Source: Pristiophorus japonicus (taxonomy: Eukaryota). Taken from it: a stretch of DNA of 64,000 nt. The stretch is taken from contig NC_091990.1 in the NCBI RefSeq assembly GCF_044704955.1, positions 68,138,001 through 68,202,000 on the forward strand, read 5' to 3'. Position numbers and translations under genes: made by a program. The notes under the pieces are model-generated. The model was not told the origin of the DNA. It searched no databases and was given only the letters and a program-made list of their open reading frames with translations. This document shows, in pieces, positions 23,736 to 37,752 of this stretch (position 1 is its first letter; each line of letters begins with the position of its first letter).

Positions 23736-24493
23736 AGACAACTTATTAAGAAATAGTCAGGTTACTGTTTTGGGTGTGGTCCAATGGGTTGAAACATGAT
23801 TACGCCAACTGACGCAATGCTCTTTGCAACTGCTGGATATTTCACAGACAGAGAGGGAAATATTGAATGTACATTCCAGCATTGTAAAACACAGTGACAG
23901 CAAAGATAGCAAGCAGGGGAGAGGGAGGTACGATATTAAATGTCCCATCATAGGCAGATGTACCAGCTCCATTTTGCCAACCCTTCCCAGGACAATGACA
24001 TAACAGTAATGACAAGGTGTGACCCATGGGCTGAAAACGTCGCTTGCGTAGAGCCCGTTATTTGGCTGCTACAAGTGTTGTTTTGCGTCTGCAGCACGCA
24101 CATGCACCTCTGGTGCGGGCCATACCAGCTTTCATCTTGGTAAGGGCATTAGCATCGGCGCTGGGAACGTGCACCCAAAGTATGCAGAATAGGCAGATCG
24201 TGATGTCCATCAGCGTGCAACACTGATTTGATGCCAGCGCTGCCATTTTTGTGCCCAACGCGGGCACTAACGCCTTGTGTTGACCTCACACATGTATTCA
24301 GCAGCAGCAAGACCCCCAATCAGCGATACTTAAAGGCATCATCAATCACTATCAGGTCTGTTACTGATTCATTCTACTGGGTCGGTGTAAGTTTGTCAAA
24401 GTGTTTGCTGATTTCCAGACGTTTCAATGTGTCGAGGACAGGGAATGGTGCAACAACTGGAGAAGGCCTTGGTCAGACCACTTGCTCCCAGTC

Positions 24494-25620
24494 ATGGGGG
24501 CTCTAGTTGTCATCTCCCTTGGCCTGCAGCGTGACAGGGGGATGGAGCAGAGGCTGTGACGAAGAGGACAAGCTGTTCACAGAGGGAGGAGGAGGGGGAG
24601 AAGGGCTCTCAGCAGGAGGCTTTACCCACCAAGGGGCAATTCTTTTACCGCAACCTGAGCTAGGCGCAGTACGTGAGGCATCTGCGCTTTACGAAAGTGC
24701 TCACCTCTTGCAACCAGACCTGCGGGCTCACACCTGGGCGAGGGCAGTGCTGTCAGAGTCTGTGACAGTGCCCGTGGCCCTGAATTTCCTCACTTCGGGA
24801 CCCTCCCAGGCTGCAGCAGGCGGCATTTGTAACATCTCCCGGTTCACCGTCCACTGCTGCATGAGAGAGGTGACGGACGCGCCTTATACCAGGAGAGGGG
24901 ACTTCATTATCTTCTCTTTCCCAGAAACAGGCAGAGCATGCATGTGGCGTTACCAGGATAGCAGCTTCCCCATAGAGCAGAGCACCTTCGAGTGCACACA
25001 CCTGACATTGCAGACTGCGTGTCTAAATGCTGAGACCACAAAGGTACCCACTGGCTGAATGTGCAGTTTGTGTGTGACCATGCTCAGCACATCATGATGG
25101 TGAATGCCCGGTATCCTGGCAGCAGACATGATGCTTTTAATCTGCGTCTGTCCGCTGTTCCCTCAGTCTCTGAGCCACCAAGATGAACCACAGGCTGGCT
25201 ACTGGGCAACAAGGGCTATCCACTGACCACCTGGCTCATGACTCCGCTTCAGAACCCAACCACACATGAGCAGCTTGTGTACAATGAGAGCCACACTGCC
25301 ACACGCAATCTGATAGAGCAGACCATTGGCGTCCTTCAATGATGGGTCCACTGCCTGGACCACTCTGGAGGAGACCTGCAGTACTCACCGGAACACGTCT
25401 CAGTATTCGTCGTGGTCTGCTGCATGCTCCACAACCTCACCAGCAGGAGGGCCCAACCTTTGTCACCAGGCATATGGCGACCAGCTGAGGAGGAGCAGAA
25501 AGAGGAGGGAGAGGACGAAGCAGAAGAAGAGGAGGCAGCCCAGACAGTCTCTTTCTGCCCAGGCTGTATGCGATCGACTCATCCGACTGTAATACGAGCG
25601 AACGCAAGCCTGATGCCCCA
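24494..25620 (+). pseudogene. Harbinger DDE transposase remnant
   Basis: VALNFLTSG.SQ, FECTH (cf. IDCTH), [29 protein letters not shown] (cf. GDKGY), [26 protein letters not shown]; frameshifts and stops. Confidence 0.9.
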
Positions 25621-25759
25621 TTCAACAATTGTCCCACACCTTACCTTCCCTCTGTTACTGACCATCACAGCGTCCTCTTGGCCACACGCTGAAATTACAG
25701 CCGCCATCTTCCAATCCAACTTTATCCAACAATCTATCCAATATTGCATAACAAAGTGA

Positions 25760-27100
25760 TGTAATCACCCTTGTGCATTCCCTTAGCGCCTGTATTCCAT
25801 GGCCTTTTGCCTGTCCTAGTGCTCCAACGCAGTGCTCCCCCAGGGGCTGCAGCACGGCTGGTGGAAGTTTGCTGACTTTCGGTGGGAGACTGTAGATGGC
25901 CTTGCAGGGTGACCTTGAGCAGCTCTGGGCCCAGAAGGCCAGGTTTCAGACTGCACCACCTCGCCCTGGGCGGCAGCAGTCTGGGCTGGCTGACGGGCAG
26001 CAGCAAGGGCAGTGGGGGAGTGGGGGAGTGGCAGGACAAACGCTGTCATCTGAGCGAGGTCGGCAGGTTCGTGCTCCACGAAGCCACTGCCACTCCCCCG
26101 GGGCGGCGCTTCAGCATTGCTAGCTATCGGTCTGAGGACAGATTGTTGGCATGCTGTAACACCCTGCCAGCCCCTTTCCACACTGGTAAACCCAGCCACC
26201 ATGGCAGCAGCCTGAGCTTCCACTGCAGCACTCAGACGTTGGGTGGTTGCAATGGACGGCGAGACATCGGCCATCAGACGCTGCGTGATGGTTGGGTCCA
26301 CAAGTGCGCTAGTGGATCTGTCCAGCCCTTCCCCGCTGGAAATCATGGGCTCCACACCCTGTGCAAAGCCCTGTGCAAGGTCTGTGCCGGACTCCTCCAT
26401 GCTCCTTGACACTGTACACAGGCTTTCTATATACCAAGCTTTTTAATGGGCATACCCATCAGCGTTCTTCTGTAGGTCGCTCCATCAATGTCCTCATCTG
26501 AGTCCTCGTGTGTGACCTCGCCCCCGGGGAATGGAACCTGGACTATCCTTGCGCCCTGCCCTGCCCACTCATGATCAGTCACCACGTGCACTCTACGCTA
26601 TCCTCTAATGTCCACGCAGTGTCACTATCTGAGCTGGTGGCTTTGAGTGTCAGATCACGTGACAATGTTTCCTCTGCTCCTTCACTCTCCTCTCCCTCTT
26701 GCTCTTGCACCACTGGCTGGGCAGGCTGGATTTCTTAGGTCTCTGAAATGAGAAAGGCACAAGGGTCAGGCTGCGGTGAAGGTTGGGGGTGGGGGGGGCG
26801 CAGGGGTGGGGAGGGTGGGAAGAGGGGCATGCTTACATTATTTGCAACTTGTATATCGGAAGAGATTGTGGGATGAGGGGGAGGTGGGATTTGAGAAGGA
26901 GGATTATGTATAAGGATACCGGCATCATGTATTCTTTTAGACCCGCCGCTAGCCACGGGCTCAGCCATGTCCCTTCGAATAATGGCCAGCACCGTCTCCT
27001 CCATGGGAGTGAGGTTGTGCCAGTGAGCCTGCCCCCGACGGTTCAGAGTGGGTGATGCCCGTTATACATCACCTTTTCCTGCAAGGGAAAGGAAAGTGTG
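25760..27100 (-). pseudogene. Harbinger Myb/SANT-partner gene remnant (downstream exons)
   Basis: Acceptors CCTTTCCCTTGCAG (about 27080) and TTTCTCATTTCAG (about 26743); EKVMYN, MEETVLAIIRRDMAEPVASGG, C-terminal GMHKGD shared with 7025-9597. Confidence 0.7.
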
Positions 27101-30100
27101 AAAGTTGAGTCGATCTGGGGCCTTTCTTTCCCTGGTTGATCGTCTCGGTGCAAATGCTGGTTTTGGTGAGTCGTTTGTTGGGCCCTCGCTGGGCTGCTGT
27201 GCAGCTGGCCTTGCTGGACTGCTGGGGGTGGTGAGTCCTGCTGGGCTGCTGCGGGTGATGGGCTTTGCTTCATGGTCAACCGCTGTGTCGGTTGCCACTG
27301 GTATGTATGTTGGGGGGGGTCAAATGTGGGTTGTTCAGGGTAGTCCGTGAATCAGAGTTTGATTTGGTCCAAGTGTTTCCTGTAGATGAGTCCATTTGAA
27401 AGTTTGACCCAAAACACCCGACTCGCCTCTTTGGCCACGACAGTGCCGGGAAGCCACTTGGGACCTTGTCCATAGTTCAACATAAATTCAGGATCATTAA
27501 TTTCAATTTCACGTGACACATTTGCGCTATCATGATATGTACTTTGTTGAAGCCTGTTCGTGTAGATCAGGGTGGACTAACGAGAGCCTTGTCTTAAGTG
27601 CCCTTTTCATGAGCAGTTCAGCAGTGAGCAAGTGTGGTCTCATGCATTAACTCAGCAGGACTCGGGATAGGCGAGTCCGCAGTGAGCCTTCAGTTACCCT
27701 CTTCAAGCTCTGCTTGATTGTTATCACTGCTCTCTCTGCCTGACCGTTGGATGCTGGTTTGAACGGGGCAGATGTAACATGTTTGACCCTTTTGCGGGTC
27801 ATGAACACTTTGAACTAGGCACTGTCACTCACAAGGACATCAGGCAGGCCGTGCGAGGCAAACATGGCCCACAGGCTTTCAGTGGTGGCAGCGGACGTGC
27901 TTGCCGACATTATTTCACATTCAATCTATTTGGAGTACGCATCTACAACCACTAGGAACATTTTACCCAAGAGCGGGCCTGCATAGTCGACATGGACCCT
28001 AGACCACGGTTTGGAGGGCCAAGACCATAAACTTAGTGGCACCTCCCTGGGTGCATTGCTTAACTGTGAACACGTATTACATCTGTGAACGCAGGACTCT
28101 AAGTCCGCAGAGATACCGGGCCACCACACGTGGAATCTGGCTATCGCTTCCATCAATACAATACCTGGGTGAGTACTGTGGAGATCACTAATGATAGTGT
28201 CCCTGCCCTTTTTTGGCACCACTACCCGATTACCCCACAGAAGGCAGTCTGCCTGTATAGACATTTCATCTTTGCGCCGCTGGTACAGCTTTATCTCTTC
28301 CTGCATTTCTAATGGGACACTGGACCAGCTCCCGTGAAGCACACAGTTTTTTTTTTACTAAGGACAGTAAGGGGTCCTGGCTCATCCAGGTTCTAATCTG
28401 TCGGGCGGTAATGTGTAATTGCTCACTTTCAAATGCTTCCATTACCATGATTAAATCTGCAGGCTGTGCCATTTCCACCCCCGTGATGGGCAATGGCAGC
28501 CTACTGAGAGCATCGGCACAGTTTCTGTGCCTGGCCTGTGGCGGATGATGTAGTTGTATGCGGACAACATGAGCGCCCATCTCTGGATGCGGGTCGATGC
28601 ATTCGTATTTATCCCCTTACTTTCAGAAAAGAGGGATATCAATGGCTAATGGTCAGTTTCCAATTCAAATTTGAGCCCAAACAGATATTGATGCATTTTC
28701 TTTACCCCATAAACACACGCTAAGGCTTCTTTTTCAATCATGCTGTCGGCCCTCTCAGTCTTAGACAGACTTCTGGATGCATAAGCAACCAGTTGCAATT
28801 TCCCAGATTCATTAGCTTGTTGCAATACACACCCGACACCGTATGATGACGCATCACATGCTAGTACCAAACGCTTACATGGATCATACAACACAAGCAA
28901 TTTGTTTGGGCATAAGAGTTTTCTAGCTTTTACAAAGGCATTTTTTTGGCTTTTTCCCCAAACCCATTCATCTCCTTTACACAGTAAAGCATGCAGTGGT
29001 TCTAACGGTGCGCTGAGACACGGTAAGAAGTTATCAAAGTAATTCAGGAATCCTAGAAACAACCACAGCTCCGTCACATTCTGGGGCCTCGGTGCATTCT
29101 TGATTGCCTCCGTCTTCGAATCGATGGGCCTGATGCCATCCGTCGCGATTCTTCTCCCCAGGAACTCCACTTCAGGCACCACTTCGAGCATTTTAACCTG
29201 AGCCCCACACGGTTGAGCCAACTAAGAACCTCCTCCAAGTTCTGCAGATGCTCGACTGTGTTCCGACCTGTGACCAAGATGTCGTCCTGGAAGACCACGG
29301 TGCGCGGGACCGACTTCAGTAAGCTTTCCATGTTCCTCTGGAATATCGCCGCGGCTGATCGAATCCCAAACGGGCATCTGTTGTAAATGAAGAGACCTTT
29401 GTGCGTGTTGGTGCAGGTGAGGCCCTTTGATGATTCCTCCAGCTCCTGCGTCATGTAGGCCGAGGTCAAGTCAAGCTTCGTTAACGTCTTTCCTCCCGCC
29501 AGTGTCGCAAAAAGGTCATCTGCCTTTCGTCGTGTGTATTGATCCTGCAGGGAGAAATGATTGATAGTTACTTTGTAATCACCACAGATTCTGATGGTGC
29601 CATCTCCCTTGAGGACTGGAACAATTGGATTGGCCCACTCGTTGAATTCAATCGGCGAAATGATGCCCTCTCGTTGCAGCTGGTCCAGCTCGATCTCCAT
29701 CCTCTCTCTCATCATGTACGGTACTGCTTTCGCCTTGTGATGGATGGGTCGTGCCCCCGGAATTAGATGGATCTGCACTTTTGCTCCTTGGAACTTCCGG
29801 ATACCTGGTTCGAACAGCGAGGGGAACTTGTTTAAGACTTGGGCACATGAAGTGTCATCGACGGACGAGAGGGCTCGGATGCTGTCCCAGTTCCAGCGTA
29901 TCTTTCCCAGCAGCTCCTGCCGAACAGCGTGGGACCATCACCCGGTGCCACCCAGAATGGTAGCTTGTGCACCGCTCCATCGTAGGAGACCTTTACGGTA
30001 GCACTGCTGATTACAGGAATCAGTTCCTTTATGTAAGTTCTCAGTTTAGTACGAATGGAGTCAGGACTGGCCTTGAGGCCTTGCTGCACCACAATTTATC

Positions 30101-31350
30101 AAAAGTCTTTTTGCTCATAATGGACTGGCTCGCATCCATGTCCAGCTCCATTGACACCAGGTGTCCATTTAATTCAACCTTCAGCATTATCGGGGTACAC
30201 TTTGTGGTAAATGTGTGCAACCCATATACCTCTGCCTCCTCGGTCTGAGGCTCTGGTTCATCATGATCCACCGTGGATCTGTCCTCCTCTGCAACATGGT
30301 GGTTTGCAGGATTATCAGGGTTTGCAGCTTGCCTGCACATACGTTGGAAATGTCCCATTGTTCCACAGCCCTTGCAAACGTATCCTTTGAAGCGGCATGA
30401 ATGGAAATGATTGAGCACCCCCGCAGTGCCAACAAGGTGTTAATGGCCTAGCATTCATCACCCTTGATGGTGGACTCTGAGTCATCTGCGGACGTGCAGC
30501 TGCAGGCATGTGAGACCTGCCCCATACATTGCAATTCGAAAACAACATCACTTTGTTCACAGCACTTGCAGCAGCACTCGTGTGCTGAGAGATTTTTTTG
30601 ATATTGTCACTGGTGGCAATGAATGCCTGGGCTATCGCTATGGCTTTACTCAAGATTGGGATCTCTGCAGTCAAAGGTTTGTGAAATATCACTTCATGGC
30701 CAATTCCAAGTAAAAAAAAGTCCCTGAGTATGTGCTCCAAATGTCCTTCAAATTTGCAATGTCCTGCAAGGCGCCTTAGCTCGGCGACATAACTCGCCAC
30801 TTCCTGGCCTTCAGACCTTTTACATGTGTAGAACCAGTCAGAACGCTTTCCTTTGGGTTTAGATGCTCCCAGACAGTGTACACAAATCATCGTTTGATTT
30901 CTCTGTGGGTTTCGCTGGAGCAAGCAGATTTTTCATGAGGCCTACATTGGTGCCCTGCCACCACTGAGGAGAATTGCCCTTCGTTTGGTAGCGTTTGCTT
31001 CTTCTTCCAACTCGTTGGCCACGAAGTATTGATCGAGTCGCTCAACGAAGGTTTCCCAATCATCTCCCTCTGAAAATTTCTCCAGGATGCCCACTGTTCT
31101 CTGCGTCGTTAGGTTTGTCACCTGTAGTTCGTCGCCAGTTGTAGTGTATGAATAAAGAGTCTGACCAGATATTGTGAGCTCAAAGTAAAGTGTGACCGTA
31201 GTCCTTTATTACAGATCTCAGAATGCCTCTCAAGCCTGTGAGGCCTCCTTATATACAGGTGCTCCCAAGGAATTGTGGGATGCTTTGGGACTCCAGGGGA
31301 TAAGCCCTCTGGTAGTTACACAAGGTATTTACAGGTTTACATATATAACA
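27100..31350 (-). mobile_element. Gypsy/Ty3 LTR retrotransposon, 5' LTR only, decayed; related to 2517-6981
   Basis: LTR 31140-31350 (TG...CA) with PBS TGGCGACG; FQDDILV, LACDASSYG, ETDH, VHVDYAGP; integrase tail ends PDRLNF with no PPT or 3' LTR. Confidence 0.94.
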
Positions 31351-31816
31351 GGGGGGGGGCGATCCGCGACCCTAGGGATGGGGAGGAGGGGATGTCTGAT
31401 CCTGGGGGTGGGGGTGGGGGGGGGCGATCCCCGACCCTGGGCGGGGGGGGGGAGGGGGTGTCTGATCTTGGGGAGGGGGTACAATCCTGGAGGAGCTTGT
31501 TGTGGGAAAGGGACATGTGGAAGTACTCCCACTCCTCCCAGCCCACAGAGTGCTCCCTGTGGCTGCCATCGCCTTGTTGCAGCTTCTGGGAGTCTCAGGG
31601 CAGGGAATCCCGGCTGGCCACTGATAAACCTGAAATGCAGGTTGTAGCCGAGGCTTCCAGACTCATTATCATATTCAACGTTCTAACCAGCCTCCCAAGA
31701 ACAGCTTGGTTGCCCAACCTCTCCCCTTCCCATTGGGGGTCAGGATTTAGATTTTTAACACTTTAACCTCCTACCTGACTCCAATTGATCTGTTTTTTGG
31801 GGTTAAAATTCCCCCT
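31351..31816. mobile_element. G-rich MITE-like fragment
   Basis: Imperfect G-rich repeats (GGGGGGCGATCC..GACCCT) and TIR-like end AAAATTCCCCC. Confidence 0.35.
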
Positions 31817-32002
31817 AGAATTACATTGCAGCCTCAGTGGTTTAGGTGTGTAAATGCACCACACAGTATGGGACCAGGACATATCTATTCTAGTCTTTGC
31901 CACACCTATGTAACCTGAATTTCCTCTGTGTCCATTTGCCTGTGTCTTTAGCTGCTGCTCTGGACACAAACCCATTACTTCGATCTCTCTTTTTCTTTCC
32001 CT

Positions 32003-34615
32003 TATGTCACCGAGCGGCTGCAGGGCATTCTGGGGGGAGAGGGTGAACAGCCAGAGGTCGTGTCCATATTGGGACCAATAACATGGGTAGAGAAAGGATG
32101 AGGTCGTGCAGGCAGAGTTTAGGGAACTAGGAGAGAAATTAAAACGCAGGACCTCAAAGGTAGTAATCTCCAGATTACTCCCAGTGCCACAAGCTAGTGA
32201 GTACAGAAATAGGAGGATAGAGCAGATGAACATGTGGCTGGAGAGATGGTGCAGGCGGGAGAGCTATAGATTCCTGAGGCATTGGGACCGCTTCTGGGGG
32301 AGATGGGACCTGTACAAATCGGATGGGTTGCACCTCAACAGGGCCGGGACCAGTATCCTCGTGGGAGGCGGGGTTTGCTAGTGCTATTGGGGAAGGTTTA
32401 AACTAGCTTGGCAGGGGGATGGGAACCTGAGATTCAGTAGGGAGAGGAGTAAAGCGGGAATTGGAAAGCAAAAATGTAGAAAGTGAATTTGAAGGACAGA
32501 GGAAACAAGGGCTAGAAACATAGAAACATAGAAACATAGAAAATAGGTGCAGGAGTAGGCCATTCGGCCCTTCAAGCCTGCATCACCATTCAATAAGATC
32601 ATGGCTGATCATGCAACTTCAGTATCCCATTCCTGCTTTCTCTCCATACCCCTTGATCCCTTTAGCCGTAAGGGTCACATCTAACTCCCTTTTGAATATA
32701 TCTAACGAACTGGCCTCAACAACTTTCTGTGGTAGAGAATTCCACAGGTTCACAATTCTCTGAGTGAAGAAGTTTCTCCTCATCTCGGTCCTAAATGGCT
32801 TACCCCTTATCCTTAGACTGTGACCCCTGGTTCTGGACTTCCCCAACATCGGGAACATTCTCCCTGCATCTAACCTGTCCAATCCCGTCAGAATTTTATA
32901 TGTTTCTATGAGATCCCCTCTCATTCTTCTAAATTCCAGTATATATAAGTCTAGTCGATCCAGTCTTTCTTCATATGTCAGTCCTGCCATCCCAGGAATC
33001 AGTCTGGTGAACCTTCACTGCACTCCCTCAATAGTAAGAATATCCTTCCTCAGATTAAGAGACCAAAACTGCACACAATACTCAAGGTGTGGTCTTACCA
33101 AGGTCCAGTACAACTACAGTAAGACCTCCCTGCTCCTATACTCAAATCCTCTCGCTTTGAAGGCCAATATGGCATTTGCTTTCTTTACTGCCTACTTTTG
33201 ATTACTGATGTACCATGACACCCAGGTCTCGTTGCACCTCCCCTTTTCCTAATCTGTCACCATTCAGGTAATATTTTACCTTCCTGTTTTTGTCACCAAA
33301 GTGGATAACCTCACATTTATCTACATTATACTGCATCTGCCATGCATTTGCCCACTCACCTAACCTGTCCATGTCCCCCTGCAGCCTCTTAGCGTCCTCC
33401 TCACAGCTCACACTGACACCTAGCTTAATGTCATCTGCAAACTTGAAGATATTACATTCAATTCCTTCGTCTAAGTCATTAATGTATATTGTAAATAGCT
33501 GGGGTCCCAGCACTGAACCTTGCGGTACCCCACTAGTCACTGCCTGCCATTTTGAAAAGGACCCATTTATCCTGACATTCTGCTTCTTGTCTGCCAACCA
33601 GTTCTCTATCCACGTCAATACATTACCCCCACACTAATCTCTAAAAGTAGTCAACAAGGAGGTCTGGCTGTACTAAATGGCTGTACTTCAATGCAAGGAG
33701 TATAGCGAATAAGGCAGATGATCTTAGATCACAGGTAGCCACTTGGGAGTATGATATTATAGCTATTTCAGAGACCTAAAAGAGGGGTAGGTATGACAGC
33801 TCAACATTCCTGGTTACAGGATTTTCAGATGGGCTATAGAGAGGGTTGAAAGGGATTGGGGTCATGGTATTGAATAAAGGAATTATTACAGCTGTGAGGA
33901 GGGATGATATTTTAGAAGGATCATCAAACAAGGCCATTTAAATTGAACTGAAAAACAAAAAAGGGGCGATCACACTGCTGTGTGTGTACTATAGACCCCC
34001 AAACAGTGAGAGGGAGATAGAAGAGCAAATATGTAGGCAAATTTCTGAGAAGTGCAAAAACGATATGGCAGTAATAGTAAGGGATTTCAACTATCCTAAT
34101 GTTAACGGGGACAAAATTAGTGTGAAGGGTATAGAAGGTGCGGAATTCCTAAAATGTATTCAAGAATTTTTTTTTACCCTGTATGTAGCAAGCCCAACAC
34201 GGGAGGGGGCGGTTCTGGATTTAGCTTTCGGGAATGAAGCTGGGCAGGTGGAAGGGGTATCAGTGGGAGAGCATTTAGGTGCTAGTGATCATAATTCAGT
34301 TACATTTAAGGTAATCATGGAAAAAGACAAGGATAGACCAGGACTAAAAGTTCTAAATTGGGGAAAAGCCAATTTTGTTAAGTTGAGATGTAATTTAGCC
34401 AAAGTGGATTGGAAACAGATACTTGAAGGTAAATTAGTATCAGAGCAGTGGACGGCATTCCAGGAGGAGATCCTGAAGGCCAAATATGTGTCCTTAAAGA
34501 AAAAGGGTGGGATTAACAAATCTAGAGCCCCCTGGATGCCTAGGGACATAGAGAGTAGGATAAAGGAAAAAAGGAAGGCTTATGACAGATACCGAGGGCT
34601 AAATACTGCAGAAAC
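32003..34615 (+). mobile_element. CR1 LINE fragment (ORF1 esterase and APE), split by a nested CR1
   Basis: Same family as 10860-16599; FRELGEKLK, FWGRWDLYK, YYRPPNS, ASDHNSV; flanks rejoin at about 32513/33640. Confidence 0.88.
32513..33635 (-). mobile_element. CR1 LINE, 5'-truncated, (TTCTATGT)n tail, nested
   Basis: PQGSVLGP, KFADD, RTRGHSLRIRGK; very similar to 7843-8603; internal deletion near 33200. Confidence 0.93.
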
Positions 34616-34619
34616 TCTT

Positions 34620-35770
34620 ATCCACCTTGCTCGTTACATCCTCAAAGAACTCCAGAAAATTTGTCAAACATGATTTCCCTTTCATAAAACCAGCTGACTC
34701 TGCTTGACTGTATTATGATTTTCTAAATGTCCTGCTATTACTTCCTTAATAATGGACTCCAGCATTTTCCCAATGACAGATGTTAGGCTAACTGGTCTAT
34801 AGTTTCCTGCTTTATGTCTGCCTCCTTTCTTAAATAGAGGTGTTACATTTGCAGTTTTCCATTCCAGTGGGACCTCCCCAGAATCCAGGGAATTTTGGTA
34901 GATTACAACCACTGCATCCACTATCTCTGCAGCCACTTCCTTTAAGACTTAGGATGCGTGTCATCAGGGCCAGGGGACATGTCCACCTTTAGTCCCAATA
35001 GTTTGCCTAGTACTTTTTCTCTGATGATTGTGATTGTTTTAAGTTCCCCCTCCCAATAGCCCATTGATTATCTATTATTTGGATGCTTTTAGTGTCTTTT
35101 ACCATGAAGACCGATACAAAATATTTGTTCAAAGTTTCTGCCATTCCCATTATTAATTCCCCAGTCTCATCCTCTAAGGGACCAATGTTTACTTTAGCTA
35201 CTCTCTTCCCTTTTATATACCTGTAGAAGGTCTTACTGTCTGTTTTTATATTTCTTGCTAGTTTACTCTCATAATCTATCTTCTCTCTATTATTTAGTTA
35301 ATCGTCCTTTGATGGTTTCTAAAAATGTCCCAATCCTCTGGCCTACCACTAATCTTCACACCATTGTATGCCTTTGTTTTCAATTTGATACCATTCTTAA
35401 CTTCCTTAGTTAGCCATGGATGGTTCATCCTTCCCTTACAGTATTTTTTTCTCACTGGAATATATCTTTGCTGAGAGTTATGGAATATCTCCTTAAATGT
35501 GTGCCACTGCTTATCCACCGTCGTATCCTTTAATCTATTTTCCCAGTCCACTTTAGCCAACTCTGTCTTCATACCTTTGTAATTGCCTTTATTTGTTCAG
35601 GACACTAGTTTGAGACCTAACTTTCTCACCCTCAAACTGAATTTGAAATTCCAACATGATATGATCACTCTTGCCTAGAGGATCCTTTACTGTGTGATCA
35701 TTAATTAATCCAGTCTCATTACACATTACCAGATCTAAAATAGCCTGCTCCCTGGTTGGTTCCACAATGT
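34620..35770 (-). mobile_element. CR1 ORF2 internal fragment
   Basis: ELAKVDWENRL, HPWLTKEVK, NYRPVSLTSVIGK. Confidence 0.88.
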
Positions 35771-35829
35771 CCTATTTCTTATCCACATGCTGTCCCTCAG
35801 ATATATCAGCTGAAGTTATGATGCAAGGT

Positions 35830-36690
35830 TCCTCTTGATCCCACCTCTGCTTGTCCAACATCCATTCCGAGATGAGCCAAAGTTTCCCTTATTTAAATAT
35901 TGGGAGGACTGAAGGCATTATCTTCGGCCCTCGCCACAAACTCTGTTCCCTTACCACCGATTCCATCCCCTTCCCTGGTTTCAGGCTAAACCAGACTGTT
36001 CACAATCTTGACATTCTATTTGACTCTGAGCTGAGCTTCTATCTCCATAGCCTCCCCATCACAAAGGCCAGCTACTTGCACCTCGATAACATCACCCGTC
36101 TCCACCCTTGCCTCAGATCATTTGATACTGTAACCCTCATCCATGTTTTTGTTACCTCCAGACTCAACGACTTGAAAGCTCCTCAAGTCAGCCTGCCATC
36201 TTCCACTCACCATAAACTTGAGCTCATCCAAAACTTTGCCAGCATTATCCTAACTTGTTCCAAGTCCCACTCATCCGTCACCTCTGTGCTCGCTGACCTG
36301 CATTGGCTCCTGGTCCACAAACACATGATTTTATAATGCCCATCCTCGTGTTTAAAACCCTCCCTATCCCTGTAACCTTGTCCACACCTACAACCCTCCA
36401 AGAATTCTGCGATCAATAACTCTTATGGATTCCCCACTCCCTTTTCCCCCCATCTGTGACGGCCGTGCCTTCAGCCGTCTTGGCCGTAAGTTTTGGAACT
36501 CCCTCCCTAAACTCTTCTACTTCTCCTCTCTTTCCTCCTTTAAGACCCTCCTTTAAACCTACCTCTGACCAAGTTTTCACTCACCCATCCTACATCTCCT
36601 TATTTGACTTGATGAAATATTTTGTTTTGATTACGCTCCTGTGAAGCATCTTGGGAAGTTTAATGATGCTATATAATTAAACGAGGTTGT
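35830..36690 (+). mobile_element. L2 LINE 3' fragment
   Basis: LFDSELSF, TLIHVFVTSRL, VLADLHWL; L2-type 3' end. Confidence 0.85.
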
Positions 36691-36986
36691 GGTTACTGAC
36701 CCAGACTCACATTCCATCCCTACTCTGAGGGGGAAATTTCAGCCAGTTTTCTCACTCCTGAAATTTCATCCACCTCCGTTCCAATCAATATCTGTTCAAA
36801 TAAAGTGACATAATTAAACGACAGGTTGCAATATGACATCCTTCAATCAAGTGTACAAAGAGCTAACGGTGCTAAGCCTATGGATCTCACTGGACGATTT
36901 CAATGAAATTTGAATGGAACAATAAAATGGTTGGGACCTGTTGGCTTCGAGGGTCATGTGAGATAGCTGCTGATTAGAAAGCACTA

Positions 36987-37752
36987 ATGTTGGTGCGTCT
37001 GTCCTCCCAGGGGATTTGCAGGATCTTGCGGAGACATCGTTGGTGATATTTCTCCAGTGACTTGAGGTGTCTACTGTATATGGTCCCTGTCTCTGAGCCA
37101 TACAGGAGGGCGGGTATTACTACAGCCTGCAGACCATGAGCTTGGTGGCAGTTTTGAGGGTCTGGTCTTCAAACACTCTTTTCCTCAGGCGGCTGAAGGC
37201 TGTGCTGGTGCACTGGAGGCGGTGTCAATACCTGCTCAGAGGCACCAACGTTAGCGTCCTCGACCAAGCCAACATCCCCAGCAGTGAAGCACTGAACACA
37301 CTTGATCAGCTCCGCTGGGCAGGCCACATAGTTCGCATGCCAGACACGAGACTCCTAAAGCAAGCGCTCTATTCGGAACTCCTTCACGGCAAATGAGCCA
37401 AAGGTGGGCAGTGGAAACGGTACAAGGACACCCTCAAAGCCTCCCTGATAAAGTGCAACATCCCCACTGACACCTTGGAGACACTGGCCAAAGACCGCCC
37501 TAAGTGGAGGACTTGCATCCGGGAGGGTGCTGAGTACCTCGAGTCTCGCCGACGAGAGCATGCAGAAAACAAGCACAGGCAGCGGAAGGAGCGTGCAGCA
37601 AACCTGTCCCACCCACCCTTTCCCTCAACGACTATCTGTCCCACCTGTGACAGGGACTGTAATTCCTATATTGGACTGTTTAGCCACCTAAGGACTCATG
37701 TTAAGAGTGGAAGCAAGCCTTCCTCGATTCCGAGGGACTGCTTATGATGATG
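36987..37752 (+). mobile_element. RTE-clade LINE with 5' inversion (36987-37237 inverted) and 11-bp TSD
   Basis: TSD AGAAAGCACTA at 36976-36986 and 37753-37763; QLRWAGHIVRMPD, CPTC..GLFSHLRTH; (TGA)n tail. Confidence 0.93.

Larger units (their letters stand above)
24027..27100 (+). mobile_element. Harbinger/PIF transposon, decayed: transposase (+) and convergent intron-containing Myb/SANT gene (-)
   Basis: Left TIR TGGGCTGAAAA; two convergent genes as expected for Harbinger; right end lost at the Gypsy junction. Confidence 0.88.

Noticed and set aside
24494-25620. Domesticated HARBI1-like host gene
   Set aside because: Frameshifts and stops, altered catalytic motifs (ECTH, GNKGY), TIR and Myb partner present: a dead transposon
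37226-37241. Untemplated filler at the RTE inversion junction
   Set aside because: CAATACCTGCTC is itself inverted RTE sequence (compare GAGCAGGCATTG near 48083) after a small deletion
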